Shown here in pieces: positions 38,002 to 47,994 of a stretch of 64,000 bases of DNA. How positions within the stretch are numbered: position 1 is the stretch's first letter; the number at the start of each line of letters is the position of its first letter. The notes under the pieces were generated by a model. It saw only the letters and a program-made list of their open reading frames with translations. It ran no database searches and was not told the DNA's origin. The DNA is taken from assembly GCA_039630085.1 (NCBI GenBank), contig JBCNVM010000007.1:16901-80900 (forward strand). The letters run 5' to 3'. Made by a program: the position numbers and the translations under genes. Source of the DNA: Candidatus Caldarchaeales archaeon (GTDB lineage: Archaea > Thermoproteota > Nitrososphaeria_A > Caldarchaeales > Calditenuaceae).

Positions 38002-39328
38002 GGCGCTGAGGGCCGCGGTCTCGAGGTTCGTCGGGAGGCCGCTGGCCGACAGGGAGGCGGTCGAGGAGCTCGTGAGGGGGATACAGAGGGCGCTCCTGAT
38101 GGCCGACGTGAGGGTCGAGCTGGTCAAGGAGCTCTCCGACAGGATCAGGGAGAGGTCCGAGAGGGAGAGGCCCCCGCCAGGGATATCGAGGAAGGACGTC
38201 GTCCTCAAGGTGGTCTACGAGGAGCTCGTGAACCTGCTGGGCGGGAAGTCCTCCGGGTGGAAGAGGCCGCAGGAGAGGCCGCACGTCGCGATGGTCGTGG
38301 GCATACAGGGGAGCGGGAAGACGACGACCGTCGCGAAGGTCGCCAACTACCTGAGGAGCAACGGCGTCAGGGTCGGAGTGGTAGGCGCGGACACCTACAG
38401 GCCCGCGGCGCTGGAGCAGCTCAGGCAGCTCCTCTCCCCCAAGGGCATACCGGTCTACGGCGAGGAGGACGGGAGGGACGCGGTCGGGATCGCGGTGAGG
38501 GGCGTCGAGAGGCTGAAGGGGACGGGCTGCGAGTTCATCCTGATCGACACGGCCGGGAGGCACAGGGACCAGGAGTCGCTGATGAGGGAGATGGAGGAGA
38601 TGGCGAGGGCCGTCAGGCCGAACTCGGTCGCGCTGGTCATCGATGGCACGATAGGCCAGGCAGCCGGGCCGCAGGCAGAGGCCTTCCACAGGGCGACCCC
38701 GATCGGCTGGATCGTCGTGACGAAGCTCGACACCTCCGCGAGGGGAGGAGGAGCGCTCTCCGCGGTCGCGGCGACCGGCGCCCCGATCAGGTTCATCGGG
38801 ACAGGCGAGAGGATCGAGGACATCGAGCCCTTCGACCCGGAGTCCTTCGTCGCGAGGCTCCTCGGGATGCCGGACCTCAAGTCGGTCGTCGAGAGGGTGA
38901 GGATGGCCGAGCTCTCGGTGAGCGAGGAGGAGGCGAAGAGGATCCTGAGGGGGACGTTCACCCTCGAGGACATGATCAGGCAGCTGAGGGAGGTGAGAAA
39001 GGCCGGCCCGCTGGGCAAGTTCCTCTCCTCGCTTCCGATACCGGGCCTCCCGAAGGTCCCCGAGGAGGAGCTCGCGAAGCTCGAGGAGCAGGTGAGGAAG
39101 TTCGAGGCGATCTACAACTCCATGACCCCCGAGGAGAGGAGGGATCCGACGGTCATCGACTCCTCCAGGGCGAGGAGGATCGCGAGGGGCGCAGGCGTGA
39201 GGGAGGGGGACGTGAAGAGGCTCGTGAAGCAGTACCTCGAGGCCAGGAGGCTGATGAGGGCCGCGAAGAGGACGAGGCTCCCGGCAGGGGTCGCGGAGGC
39301 CCTCAGGAGGGCCGGTGGCGGGGCTTGA
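37988..39328 (+). CDS. srp54: Signal recognition particle protein SRP54
   Basis: GIQGSGKTTT, DTYRPAA, DTAGRH, TKLD, GTGE, M-domain SMTPEER/RIARGAG. Confidence 0.96.
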   Translation: MKLGEALRAAVSRFVGRPLADREAVEELVRGIQRALLMADVRVELVKELSDRIRERSERERPPPGISRKDVVLKVVYEELVNLLGGKSSGWKRPQERPHVAMVVGIQGSGKTTTVAKVANYLRSNGVRVGVVGADTYRPAALEQLRQLLSPKGIPVYGEEDGRDAVGIAVRGVERLKGTGCEFILIDTAGRHRDQESLMREMEEMARAVRPNSVALVIDGTIGQAAGPQAEAFHRATPIGWIVVTKLDTSARGGGALSAVAATGAPIRFIGTGERIEDIEPFDPESFVARLLGMPDLKSVVERVRMAELSVSEEEAKRILRGTFTLEDMIRQLREVRKAGPLGKFLSSLPIPGLPKVPEEELAKLEEQVRKFEAIYNSMTPEERRDPTVIDSSRARRIARGAGVREGDVKRLVKQYLEARRLMRAAKRTRLPAGVAEALRRAGGGA

Positions 39329-40647
39329 GGCTCGAGGCCGCCGAGAGGGTCCTGAGGAGGTTCCCGCTCTGCGACTGGTGTCTCGGGAGGCTCTTCGCCC
39401 TGAGCTCGCCCGGGAGGGAGAGGTCAGAGCTCGGGAGGGAGCTGAAGGACGCGCTATTCGGGGAGGCGGCGAGGCGCGGCGACGTGAGCCTGCTGGAGGC
39501 CCTCGCGAGGAGCGGGCACGAGGGGGCGGCCGCGGAGCTCGGGCTGAGGGGGCTGAGGGCGGAGAGGCGGAGGTGCGCGCTCTGCGGCGACAGGGTGAGG
39601 GAGGAGGTCCTGAATGCCCTGGCCGGAAGGGCCGCGGAGCTGGCGTCGGGCTACGAGTACGGGACGTTCCTCGTCGGTACCTACGTTCCTCCCCACGTCA
39701 GGAGAATCGAGGAGCACCTGATCGCGGAGTTCGGGCTGAACGAGGCCGAGTCGCTGAGGAGGGACGTGACGAGGAGGCTGAGGAGGGCCCTCGCGGACCT
39801 GACGGGGAAGAGGCCGGTCTTCGCGAACCCTGAGCTCTCTGTGCTCGTGGACCCGTTCACAGGGACCGTCGACGTCAGGCCGATGCCGGTCTTCGTGAGG
39901 GGAAGGTACCTGAAGAGGTCGAGGACCACGCCTCAGGCTCCTTGGCTCTGCGACTCTTGCTGGGGAGAGGGGTGCGAGAGGTGCGAGAACACGGGGAGGA
40001 GGCGCGGGACCGAGACCTCGGTCGCCGAGTACGTCGGGCTGCCCGCCCTGGAGGTGTGGGGAGCTGTGGACTACAAGTTCCACGCGGCCGGGAGGGAGGA
40101 CGTCGACGCAACGGTGGAGGGCACGGGAAGGCCCTTCGTGCTCGAGCTGATCGAGCCCCGGAGGAGGAACGGAGACCTCCAGCTCTTCGCGGAGAGGGTC
40201 AGGGCCTTCTCGGAGGGCAGGGTTGAGGTGATGGACCTCGGGTACGCCTCTAGGGCCGACGTCAGGTTCCTCAAGACCGAGGTGGAGAGGAAGGTGAAGT
40301 CCTACAGGGCCAGGGTGACCTTCCGGGAGCCCGTCCCGCCCGAGGCCGTCGAGCGGGCCTGCGCGGCGCTGAGGGACTCGGTGATCAGCCAGAGGACCCC
40401 GACGAGGGTCCTGAGGCGGAAGGGCGACAGGGTCAGGAACAAGAGGGTCTACGACGCGAGCGCCGTGATGGTCGACGAGCGGACCTACGAGTTCACGTTC
40501 GTCGTCGACGGAGGGACCTACGTCAAGGAGCTGATCCACGGGGACGGAGGGAGGACAACCCCCTCGGTCTTCGAGCTGGTTGGCGTGGAGCCAGCTTCGA
40601 TCGAGCTCGCGGTCACCGGCGTCCAGCACCCGGTGAGGAGGGAGTAG
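39325..40647 (+). CDS. pus10: tRNA pseudouridine(54/55) synthase Pus10
   Basis: LCDWCLGRLF, GRYLKRSR, FHAAGREDVD, QRTPTRV, GGTYVKELIHGDGGRTTPS; TTG start at 39325. Confidence 0.93.
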   Translation: MRLEAAERVLRRFPLCDWCLGRLFALSSPGRERSELGRELKDALFGEAARRGDVSLLEALARSGHEGAAAELGLRGLRAERRRCALCGDRVREEVLNALAGRAAELASGYEYGTFLVGTYVPPHVRRIEEHLIAEFGLNEAESLRRDVTRRLRRALADLTGKRPVFANPELSVLVDPFTGTVDVRPMPVFVRGRYLKRSRTTPQAPWLCDSCWGEGCERCENTGRRRGTETSVAEYVGLPALEVWGAVDYKFHAAGREDVDATVEGTGRPFVLELIEPRRRNGDLQLFAERVRAFSEGRVEVMDLGYASRADVRFLKTEVERKVKSYRARVTFREPVPPEAVERACAALRDSVISQRTPTRVLRRKGDRVRNKRVYDASAVMVDERTYEFTFVVDGGTYVKELIHGDGGRTTPSVFELVGVEPASIELAVTGVQHPVRRE

Positions 40648-40674
40648 ACGGTCTGGCCGGCGGCCTCCGCGGGT

Positions 40675-43600
40675 TCAGGCCGCCTTCTTCGAGATCGCCA
40701 GTATGGTCCGGTGGAGCTCCCTGAGCAGGTCCGAGTAGTTCAGCTTCCCCTCCTCGATCGCGTCCATCTTCGCCTCCAGCTCCCTCGTCAGCTCCTCCGA
40801 GACCAGGTCGCCGTAGTTGCTCTCGAGGTACCGGTAGACCTCGTTCCCGAGCTTGGTGGCGATCACCCGGCCGACGTTCTGGACCACGTACTTCCTCCTG
40901 TAAAGGGTCTCGACGATCTTGGCGTAGGTGCTCGGCCTCCCGATCCCCGTGCTCTTCATGGTCGCGATCAGGTCTCCCTCGGTGAAGAGCCTCGCGGCCG
41001 GGACCCTCCTCAGCTCCAGCTCCCTCACCCGCTGTGACCCGGGGGCGACGCGCGGCTGGACCCTCACCGCCGGGTTGACCCTGAGGAACCCCTCCTCGAC
41101 CAGCTCCACCGGCCTCTCCACCCTCAGCTCGTTCCCGCCGACCTTCACGACAACGGTCTGGTACCTGACCCTGGCTGCGACCATCTGGCTCGCGATGAAC
41201 CTCCTGAAGACCAGGCCGTAGAGCTGGATCTCCCTCCTGGTGAGCCTCGCGGCGGTCCTGAGGGCCCCTGACTGGACGTAGTAGCTGAGCTCCCGCTCGT
41301 CCATGGGCTTGGTCGGCCTGATGCACTCGTGGGCTCCCTCCTTCTGGTAGGTCCTCGGCCTGAAGAGGCCCGGATGCCTCTCCTCGAGGTAACTCCTCGA
41401 GACGCTGAGCCCTGCCGTCGAGACGGTCGTCGAGTCTGTTCTATGATAAGTGATGAGACCCGACTCGAAGAGAGACTGAGCGGACTGCATCGCCTCGACC
41501 GACCCCATCCTGAGGTAGAACCAGGCGTCCCTGAGCATCGAGTCGGTGGTGTACGGGGGCGGCGGGAGGACCTCCCTCACCTCCGAGGAGACCTCCTCGA
41601 CCTCTGCGAAGAGCCTCCCCTCTTCGAGGAGGGCCCTGAGCTCCTCGTAGCCCACCGGCTTCGCGAACTCGAGCCTAGTCCCGTCGTCGAGGACCGCGAC
41701 CATCACCGGGACCTTCCTCCTCGCCTCCGCGGTCCTGTTGACGACCCACCCGAGCACCGGCGTCTGGACCCTGCCGGCCGAGAGCGTCCTCCTCCCGAAC
41801 CGCTCCCAGAGCCTCCTGCTCAGCTCGAACCCGACCCACCTGTCCTCGATCCTCCTCAGGAGCTGGGCCTCGACGAGCCCGTCCCTGATGCCCCTGGGAG
41901 AAGAGAGCGCTGCGCTCAGGGCCCTCCTTGTGACCTCGTGGAACTCTAGGCGCTCGACGCTGTCGTTGAACGGCTTGAGGTTGCAGTAGAGGTCGTAGCC
42001 TATCTTCTCGCCCTCCGAGTCTGGGTCGGTCGCGACGTAGACCCTGCTGGCCTCCAGCGCCAGCTCCCTTAGGGCCCCGATGACGTCGGCCTTGCTCCTG
42101 ACGTTCGACGACCCGCAGTTGGGGCACGCCTTCTGGTCGACGAACTGGGCTCCGCACTCCCCGCACCTCAGTATGGGCGTGTAGACCGGGACGAAGGAGG
42201 TGTCGTGCTGGAGGACTCCGTGGTACCCGCCCTCCGTCGTGAGGTCGAGGACGTGCCCTCCCGAGGCAGCGACCGTGAGTACGTACTCGCCGCCGATCGA
42301 CTCGTAGACGGTCAGGTCCCCTATCTGCCTCCTCGCGGGCCTCCCGAAGAACGACGCGATGGTCCTGGCCTTCGTCGGCGACTCCACGACGACCAGAGCC
42401 GACTTGATCACGTCGAACCTCTCCGGCGGGAGCTCGCCCTTCCTCGCCATGACGACCCTGCGCCTGTCCCCGTCGACCCTCTCGAAGTCCCCGCGGACCC
42501 TCTCCTCCTCGTAGGGCTCGAGCGTCTCCTCGTAGAGCGTCTCGAGCATCCTTCTGAGCCCGTGGAAGGCCTTCCGGTCGTCGACGACCGTTATCGTGAC
42601 GCCCCTGGTTATCCCCGCGACGTAGAGCCTCGAGCACCTCCCGGAGGCCTGCACGAAGCCGTCCGCGTCGGGCACGATCAGGCTGAATCCTCCGTCCGTG
42701 ACCTTCAGCTGGATGTCTGCGCGCTCGGAGAGCCTCGCGACCCACTCGGGCGTCATGACCCTCCTGAGGAGCGACCTTGCCTGGAGGACCAGCTCCTGGA
42801 CGTGCCCCTCGAAGCCCTCCAGCTTGGTCCCGGACTCGATCGCTGACCTGACCCTCTCGACGACCTCGGCGGTTGTCGGCACGACCCTCGAGAGCGAGCC
42901 CGTGACCCTGAGGGCCTCAGCGGCCTCTGGCCCCTCGAGGAGGGGAGCGACGTGCTTGAGGACCGCGAGCAACATCTGCGGCCTGTACTCGTCCTCCTCG
43001 ACCTTGATCTCCCTTCGGGGGACTCCTGCGAAGACGACGTACCTGATCGTCTCGGGGAGGTCGAGGCCCCTCGCGAGTGGGCTGCGGCTGCTGGCCACGC
43101 CGACCAGCGCCCGGTAGGTCCCGTCGACGAACCTGCTCAACAGCCTCGGGCTGGCCCTCTTGTAGGCCTGGGCCGGTATCCCGGAGTCGCTCAGGAGCCC
43201 GGCGACCCTCTCCGCTCCCTCAAGTCCGGCCGTCTGCGGCACGAAGACCAGGACCCCTCCGCCGTGCCTCCTGACCAGCTCGACGACCGCTCCATCGACG
43301 TCACCAGCGCCCTCGAGGTAGTAGTTGCCGATGTTCCTAACGAGCTCCAGCGTGTGGCCGGGCTCGAAGCCGAAGAGGTGCCTGAAGACCCTGACCCTGA
43401 GCGTCCTCCTGGCCCTGAGGGTCGCGCCCGAGACGACCAAGACCTTGTTCCTCGATGACCTCCTGAGTCTGGCGATCTCCCTGTCGAGGGCCTCGTACTC
43501 CTCGAGCTCCTCCTCGGTTGCCCTCCTCTTCCCGCTGATCCGGACCATCCTCATGACCGCGTCGACCGCCGCCGGGTCGTAGCCCATCAGCTCGATCGTC

Positions 43601-44262
43601 TTGTCGATGTTCCTGGGGCTCCTGAGGAAGGCGTCGACGTCGTCGACGAAGACGAAGTCGAACTCCTTCCCCTTAAGCAGCTCGTACCGGTTGTAGAGGA
43701 ACTTGTCGGTGGTGATGAGAACGTCGAAGTCTCCAGAGGATATCGCCAACTGGCTCCTCTCCATCTTGGAGGGCGTCATGCCGGAGGCGTAGCTCACTAC
43801 CCTCACCTCCTTCCCGAGGGCCTCGACGTAGCCGGAGGCCTTCTCGGCGACGTGCTGGACCAGCAGGGAGCTCGGGACCAAGAGGTAGCTCCTGAGCCCC
43901 GACGCGACGCTGAGGTAGAGGGCCATCAGGAGGCCGAAGGTGGTCTTCCCGAGGCCGGTCGGCGCGACTATCGAGAAGCTCCTCCCCAGGAAGACCCTCC
44001 TCGCCCATGTCTCCTGGAGGGACCAGGGATAGGCGCCCACGAGCCTCCTGAAGAACTCCCTGAACTCCCCCACCTTCACCGAGAGCTCGAGCGGCTCCCT
44101 GTAGAGCCTCAGCTTCTTCGCCCTCGAGAGGTAGCTGAGGACCTCCTCCCTGCCCGAGGCCTCGAAGGGCACGCAGGACCTGCAGACGCCGTTGGTCAGG
44201 AGCTCCTCGTCCGAGACGTCGCCCCCGCAGTTCGGGCAGAGCCCCCTGAAGAGCATCTTCAT
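40675..44262 (-). CDS. rgy: Reverse gyrase
   Basis: N-terminal CPNC Zn finger, APTGLGKTT, DDVD, QASGRCSR, VESPTKA, DPDSEGE, catalytic ITYHRTD, GIGRPSTY. Confidence 0.97.
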   Translation of the reverse strand: MKMLFRGLCPNCGGDVSDEELLTNGVCRSCVPFEASGREEVLSYLSRAKKLRLYREPLELSVKVGEFREFFRRLVGAYPWSLQETWARRVFLGRSFSIVAPTGLGKTTFGLLMALYLSVASGLRSYLLVPSSLLVQHVAEKASGYVEALGKEVRVVSYASGMTPSKMERSQLAISSGDFDVLITTDKFLYNRYELLKGKEFDFVFVDDVDAFLRSPRNIDKTIELMGYDPAAVDAVMRMVRISGKRRATEEELEEYEALDREIARLRRSSRNKVLVVSGATLRARRTLRVRVFRHLFGFEPGHTLELVRNIGNYYLEGAGDVDGAVVELVRRHGGGVLVFVPQTAGLEGAERVAGLLSDSGIPAQAYKRASPRLLSRFVDGTYRALVGVASSRSPLARGLDLPETIRYVVFAGVPRREIKVEEDEYRPQMLLAVLKHVAPLLEGPEAAEALRVTGSLSRVVPTTAEVVERVRSAIESGTKLEGFEGHVQELVLQARSLLRRVMTPEWVARLSERADIQLKVTDGGFSLIVPDADGFVQASGRCSRLYVAGITRGVTITVVDDRKAFHGLRRMLETLYEETLEPYEEERVRGDFERVDGDRRRVVMARKGELPPERFDVIKSALVVVESPTKARTIASFFGRPARRQIGDLTVYESIGGEYVLTVAASGGHVLDLTTEGGYHGVLQHDTSFVPVYTPILRCGECGAQFVDQKACPNCGSSNVRSKADVIGALRELALEASRVYVATDPDSEGEKIGYDLYCNLKPFNDSVERLEFHEVTRRALSAALSSPRGIRDGLVEAQLLRRIEDRWVGFELSRRLWERFGRRTLSAGRVQTPVLGWVVNRTAEARRKVPVMVAVLDDGTRLEFAKPVGYEELRALLEEGRLFAEVEEVSSEVREVLPPPPYTTDSMLRDAWFYLRMGSVEAMQSAQSLFESGLITYHRTDSTTVSTAGLSVSRSYLEERHPGLFRPRTYQKEGAHECIRPTKPMDERELSYYVQSGALRTAARLTRREIQLYGLVFRRFIASQMVAARVRYQTVVVKVGGNELRVERPVELVEEGFLRVNPAVRVQPRVAPGSQRVRELELRRVPAARLFTEGDLIATMKSTGIGRPSTYAKIVETLYRRKYVVQNVGRVIATKLGNEVYRYLESNYGDLVSEELTRELEAKMDAIEEGKLNYSDLLRELHRTILAISKKAA

Positions 44263-44368
44263 GCTTCGCGCCGGGGAGCAGGTCCCGGGCCCGTCATTTA
44301 AGGGCTCGCGGCAACTCCGCGGGGGGAGAGCTTCGCACGTATATTACGGGCCGAGCGACAATTACGTC

Positions 44369-45442
44369 GTGGGACTCAGGTTCCCCTCCCTGAAGGTGGA
44401 GAGGAGGCTGGAGGTCCCGGCCCACGTCTCCGCGGCCGTGACCGTCGCATTCCTCTCGCTCTCGTTCGTGGTCTCGGCGTCGGTCCTTCAGGTCCTCGGC
44501 GTCGACGCCGCTGCGGCCGTCTCGCAGGTCGCCTCGGTCTACGCCTCGCCCGAGCTCCTGACCGCCGCGGTCCTCAGGGGGGTGCCGATAGGGCTCGCGG
44601 CCGTGGGCCTCACGATCTCCTTCAGGGCAGGGTTCTGGAACATAGGCGCGGAGGGCCAGATGTACATGGGGATGTTCGCGTCGACGGGCGTCGTCCTGCT
44701 CCACGTCTACCACGGCCTCGTTCCGGAGTGGGCGCTCCTCCCGGCGATGGCGCTGGCGGCGTTCGTCGCGGGCGGGCTCTACTGCAGCGTCGCGGCCGTC
44801 CTGAAGGCGAAGCTCGGCGTCAACGAGGTCCTCACCACCCTGATGATGAACTTCATCGCGATACTCTTCGTCGACTACCTGGTCTACGGCCCCTGGAGGG
44901 ATCCGAGGGGCTTCGGTTTCCCGTTGACCGTCCCGTTCCCCGAGGTGGCGAGGTTCGGGGGGACGCTCGGACACGCGGCGTGGGAGGGGCTCGCGCTGCT
45001 GGCGGTCGCGGCCGCGCTGGCGTACCTCCTGATGACCAGGACGACCGTCGGGCTGGACCTGAAGCTGATCGGCGACAACCCGCAGATCGCCGGCATAGCG
45101 GGGGTGAGGATGGTCAGGACCCACTTCGTCCTCTCGATGATAACGGGAGGGCTCGCGGGCCTGGCCGGGTTCTTCCTGCTGACGGGGATCGTGGGGAGGC
45201 TGAGGCCGAGGATATCTCCCGGATACGGCTACACGGCGATCGTCATCTCCTTCCTCGCGGGGCTCCACCCGGTCCTCGCGGTGCCCGCGGCGGTCTTCAT
45301 GGGAGGGCTGATCGTGGGCGGCGACGTCCTCCAGTCGACCCTCAACCTCCCCTTCGCGGCCGTCCAGCTCTTCCAGTCGACGATCCTAGTCATGATAGTG
45401 ATAGGCGAGTTCGTGAAGAGGTACAGGGTGGTTGTCAGATGA
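44369..45442 (+). CDS. ABC transporter permease (nucleoside/sugar type)
   Basis: WNIGAEGQ, NEVLTTLMMNF, GYGYTAI; many TM helices. Confidence 0.9.
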   Translation: MGLRFPSLKVERRLEVPAHVSAAVTVAFLSLSFVVSASVLQVLGVDAAAAVSQVASVYASPELLTAAVLRGVPIGLAAVGLTISFRAGFWNIGAEGQMYMGMFASTGVVLLHVYHGLVPEWALLPAMALAAFVAGGLYCSVAAVLKAKLGVNEVLTTLMMNFIAILFVDYLVYGPWRDPRGFGFPLTVPFPEVARFGGTLGHAAWEGLALLAVAAALAYLLMTRTTVGLDLKLIGDNPQIAGIAGVRMVRTHFVLSMITGGLAGLAGFFLLTGIVGRLRPRISPGYGYTAIVISFLAGLHPVLAVPAAVFMGGLIVGGDVLQSTLNLPFAAVQLFQSTILVMIVIGEFVKRYRVVVR

Positions 45443-46419
45443 TGGACGTGGGCTGGCTGGAGGGCCTCCTCGCGCTCACGGTTCAGGTCGGCGTCCTATA
45501 CCTCCTCGCGTCGCTCGGCGAGATCTACGCGGAGAGGAGCGGCGTCCTGAACCTCGGCCTCGAGGGCATAATGATCATGGGCGCCGTCGCGTCCTTCGTG
45601 TTCACGAACGCGCTGGGACACGGCCACGCGCTCCTCGCGGCCGCGGCCTTCGGGTGCGGAATGGGCCTGCTGCTCGCGGTCCTCACGGTCACGATGAAGC
45701 TCAACCAGATCGTCGTGGGGCTCGCGATGACGATCATGGGCTACGGGATAAGCGGGCTGATGGGTCACCCCTCCACGAGGGAGCACGTGATGAGGGCCCT
45801 GAACCCCGGCATCGCCCAGGAGGTCGTGATGCTCCAGAGGGCGCCCCCTCTCGGCGCGGTGCCGGTGCCCTTCCTCTCGGACCTGCCCTTGGTCGGGAGG
45901 GCCCTCTTCGAACACAACGTCCTCGTCTACGCCGCCCTCGTCCTGGCCTTCGCGATGTGGTTCGTGCTCTTCAGGACCTCCTTCGGGCTCGCGGTGAGGT
46001 CGGTCGGCGAGAACCCCTCGATGGCCGACGCCCTGGGGATCAACGTCTTCAGGCTCAGGTACGTCACCTGCGCGATCTCGGGCACGCTCGGCGGCCTCGC
46101 CGGCGCCTACCTCTTCATCGGCTACCAGCCCTTCTGGCTCGAGATGATGACCAACGGCAGGGGGTTCATCGCGCTGGCCTTGGTCATCCTCGCTTCTTGG
46201 AACCCGCTGAGGGCCGTGCTCGGCTCGCTGCTCTTCGGGGGCGTGGAGGTGATCCAGTACAGGCTCCAGCTCTACGGCGTCGGCGCCCAGACTCCGCAGT
46301 TCGTCCTGATGCTTCCTTACGTCGTCGCGATAGTCACGCTCTCCCTCCTCTCCGTCGAGAGCGTCAGGAAGAGAATAGGGGTGCCGGAGGCGCTGGGGAA
46401 GCCGTATTCTAGGGAATGA
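45439..46419 (+). CDS. ABC transporter permease (nucleoside/sugar type)
   Basis: ERSGVLNLGLEG, RSVGENP, GRGFIALALV, PEALGKPY; ATGA overlap with the upstream permease. Confidence 0.9.
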   Translation: MMDVGWLEGLLALTVQVGVLYLLASLGEIYAERSGVLNLGLEGIMIMGAVASFVFTNALGHGHALLAAAAFGCGMGLLLAVLTVTMKLNQIVVGLAMTIMGYGISGLMGHPSTREHVMRALNPGIAQEVVMLQRAPPLGAVPVPFLSDLPLVGRALFEHNVLVYAALVLAFAMWFVLFRTSFGLAVRSVGENPSMADALGINVFRLRYVTCAISGTLGGLAGAYLFIGYQPFWLEMMTNGRGFIALALVILASWNPLRAVLGSLLFGGVEVIQYRLQLYGVGAQTPQFVLMLPYVVAIVTLSLLSVESVRKRIGVPEALGKPYSRE

Positions 46420-46448
46420 GGATACAATAAAAAAGGGAGTGAGGCAGT

Positions 46449-47831
46449 TCAGCGGGGCAGCTCGCTCTCGATGTACTCCACGAACCAGTCCATCTCCCAG
46501 AGGGCGTCGCGGTCGACCCTGCTCCCGGCCCTCCTCTCGCCTGTCCTCTTGCTCACGACGTAGTCCTTGTCGCTGATCATCACCTCGCCGGCCTGGTCCT
46601 TGATCGGCTGTCCGAGGTTGCCCTCCGTCGAGAAGGGCTCGAAGACCATCTCCTTCATCTGCTCGTACCTGAGCTTGATCTCGTTCTGCCACTCGGCCGG
46701 TATCGCGGGGTTCAGAGGGGAGAGGTAGACCGTGCCCTCGGCCTTGCCGGCGGTGCTCTTCTCGACGGGGAGCCTCCACCTCCAGGGCATGTAGTCGCCG
46801 ATCCTGGTCCAGATGTCGACCGACTCCCAGCTGTTCGTCGCCACCATCTTGTAGAACTCCAAGTATATTGGGCCCCAGTTGACGATCTGGCCGGTCAGGT
46901 GGGAGTTGGGCCCGTACTGCCTCATGTCGCTGTAATGGCTGAAGCTCCAGACCCTCCTCCCCTTCTGGGTCGTGTACTCCTCGGCGACCTGCAGCGTGGC
47001 CGGCGTGTCCTCCGTGAAGGCCAGCACGTCCGCGTTCTTCTCCTCTATCAGCGAGATCGACGCCGTCCTGGCCTTGGCAGGGTCGAACCAGCTGAATAGC
47101 CAGACGACGTACGCCTTGATGTTCCTCCCGGTCCTCTTCCTGTAGGCGTAGTTGGCTCCTAGGACGAAGGCGTTGATGTGCCTGACGACCTCCGGGATCG
47201 GGTGGGCCGCGACGTAGCCGACCACGCCGGTCCTCGTCACGGCGCCCGCCGCGAGGCCGTTCAGGTAGTAGAGCTGGTAGAACTCCGCGAACGCCGAGCT
47301 CATGTTCCTGGGCGCGTTGCCCGCCGCGCCGCTCCTGTAGCCGGAGATGTGGACGAAGAACCTGTCGGGGTACTTGGCGGCCATCTCGGCCGTCGGGTCC
47401 ATGTATCCGAAGCTGGTGGTGAAGATGAGCTTGGCGTCCTCTTTGGTGATGAGGGTCTCGATCGCGCTGGCGGCCTGGGGCTCCGGCACGCTCTCTATGT
47501 ACGCGGACTTCGCTCCCGGGAGCCTCGCGTCTGCCCACTTCCTGCCTAGGTCGTGAGCGTACGTCCAGCCGTAGTCGCCGACGGGCCCGACGTAGACGTA
47601 TCCCACCTTGACCTCCGGAGCCCTGGGAAGAGTGACGGTCCTCTCAGCGGTGCGGGTCACCGTTACGGCAGCTGCCGGCGGTGCGGCGGCCTGACCCGCC
47701 AGATATCCGGCGATGCCACCCACGACCCCCGCGGCGACCACACCTCCGACCGCGGCGCCGGTCGAGATCCCGAGGAACTCTCGCCTCGTTATGCTCCTCT
47801 TGGACCGACGGGACTTCTCCTCGGCCGTCAC
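46449..47831 (-). CDS. BMP-family ABC substrate-binding protein with Tat signal (likely purine/nucleoside)
   Basis: TRREFL twin-arginine motif, GPVGDYGWTYAH, TTSFGYMD, PIPEVVRHINAF, SWFDP. Confidence 0.9.
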   Translation of the reverse strand: MTAEEKSRRSKRSITRREFLGISTGAAVGGVVAAGVVGGIAGYLAGQAAAPPAAAVTVTRTAERTVTLPRAPEVKVGYVYVGPVGDYGWTYAHDLGRKWADARLPGAKSAYIESVPEPQAASAIETLITKEDAKLIFTTSFGYMDPTAEMAAKYPDRFFVHISGYRSGAAGNAPRNMSSAFAEFYQLYYLNGLAAGAVTRTGVVGYVAAHPIPEVVRHINAFVLGANYAYRKRTGRNIKAYVVWLFSWFDPAKARTASISLIEEKNADVLAFTEDTPATLQVAEEYTTQKGRRVWSFSHYSDMRQYGPNSHLTGQIVNWGPIYLEFYKMVATNSWESVDIWTRIGDYMPWRWRLPVEKSTAGKAEGTVYLSPLNPAIPAEWQNEIKLRYEQMKEMVFEPFSTEGNLGQPIKDQAGEVMISDKDYVVSKRTGERRAGSRVDRDALWEMDWFVEYIESELPR

Positions 47832-47867
47832 GTCACAGATATTGACGCAACGGTAGAAAAAGCGTTC

Positions 47868-47897
47868 CTGTATATCGTTGCATAAACTGATATACAG
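47868..47897. promoter_or_regulatory. Inverted-repeat operator candidate
   Basis: CTGTATATC-N12-GATATACAG, a perfect 9-bp inverted repeat between the divergent BMP and truD genes. Confidence 0.5.
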
Positions 47898-47994
47898 TGG
47901 GCACGAGACGGTCCGAAGGACCGAACGCGGCGGAAACGAGCTCGCGGAGAGGAGTGCGTGGGTTGAATAGTCGCCGGAGGGCCGTGTCCGCGGG

